NCBI GenBank assembly: GCA_044239965.1 | Contig: JBIIAI010000001.1 | Span: 1,190-65,189, forward strand | Direction of reading: 5' to 3' | DNA length: 64,000 bases | Origin: Akkermansiaceae bacterium | Lineage (GTDB): Bacteria > Verrucomicrobiota > Verrucomicrobiia > Verrucomicrobiales > Akkermansiaceae | Shown here: positions 63,730-64,000 of the stretch, piece after piece | Position numbering within the stretch: position 1 is the first letter of the stretch | How the letters are laid out: every line of letters begins with the position of its first letter | The notes under the pieces: model-generated | Told to the model about the DNA's origin: nothing | The model's input: only the letters and a program-made list of their open reading frames with translations | The model's database searches: none | Position numbers and translations under genes: made by a program

Positions 63730-64000
63730 TTAATACGACATCTCCGCATACCATAACCTTTTGCGGTCGGGACTGATGGCGATGTATTTGAACACATAGC
63801 CCTCTTCTTCTTCGTAGTAGGTAAGTTGCTCAGATGCTGTTGGGGGAGCTCCTTCGAAGTCGAGCAAACTGCTCTTTTGATCAGTCTGGGAAAAGTCGCC
63901 ACGGCCGATGATGCGCTCAATGATTGTGCTGTCAGCTTCGAGGTAGATTTGAGCTACGTAATCAAAGCCACTCCTGTAGGACGAATTAACACGTGTGATT
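63730..64000 (-). CDS. hypothetical protein, C-terminal 89 codons only (start outside the window)
   Basis: Not in the ORF track because it runs off the edge. Hand translation of the minus strand from 63999 gives ITRVNSSYRSGFDYVAQIYLEADSTIIERIIGRGDFSQTDQKSSLLDFEGAPPTASEQLTYYEEEEGYVFKYIAISPDRKRLWYAEMSY, then TAA at 63730-63732. The composition is protein-like, and I recognise no family. Confidence 0.45.
   Translation of the reverse strand, partial: ITRVNSSYRSGFDYVAQIYLEADSTIIERIIGRGDFSQTDQKSSLLDFEGAPPTASEQLTYYEEEEGYVFKYIAISPDRKRLWYAEMSY

Overview
The window reads as a chromosomal segment from a Verrucomicrobiota-like bacterium. This is inferred from the gene content: many autotransporter-associated beta-strand (PATR) repeat proteins, PEP-CTERM tails, a Verru_Chthon cassette-A-like protein and a Planctomycete-type cytochrome c domain. 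I ran no searches, so all names rest on motifs I could read in the translations.

Layout:
- 1-2.4 kb: urea-type ABC permeases urtC (partial) and urtB.
- 2.6-5.6 kb: four tandem lipoprotein or membrane-anchored coiled-coil paralogs.
- 5.8-32 kb: a surface-protein island. It holds two paralogous tryptophan-halogenase-like flavoenzymes, each preceding giant secreted PATR beta-helix proteins (1446, 2306 and 1552 aa). It also holds a PAS-AraC regulator and a roughly 2024-aa secreted LTD-CotH kinase-domain protein.
- 32.4-36.7 kb: a large pseudopilin/PilX-like Verru_Chthon cassette-A-type protein plus a small secreted partner.
- 36.7-40.8 kb: ordinary genes (selO, ThuA-like, Tat-signal enolase-superfamily).
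- 40.9-44.7 kb: an AT-poor-to-AT-rich mosaic with three orphan envelope genes and a truncated duplicate of one 5' end.
- 44.7-55.3 kb: AlkB-like dioxygenase, a HerA/FtsK-like ATPase with a coupled small membrane protein, a large secreted unknown, a PSCyt1 cytochrome-domain protein, an FAD protein and DedA.
- 55.5-59.0 kb: two more LamG/PATR surface proteins.
- 59.1-64 kb: prs, a kinase-TM-TPR gene broken by two in-frame stops, rph and a partial CDS.

About 28 kb of the 64 kb encode six large secreted proteins. I saw no rRNA, tRNA, CRISPR array, transposase or integrase.

The most interesting candidates:
- the duplicated halogenase-giant adhesin module
- a shared C-terminal DxDxDG module used instead of PEP-CTERM or a beta-barrel
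- the orphan cassette-A pair
- recurrent leader and promoter motifs across the island
- the split pseudokinase
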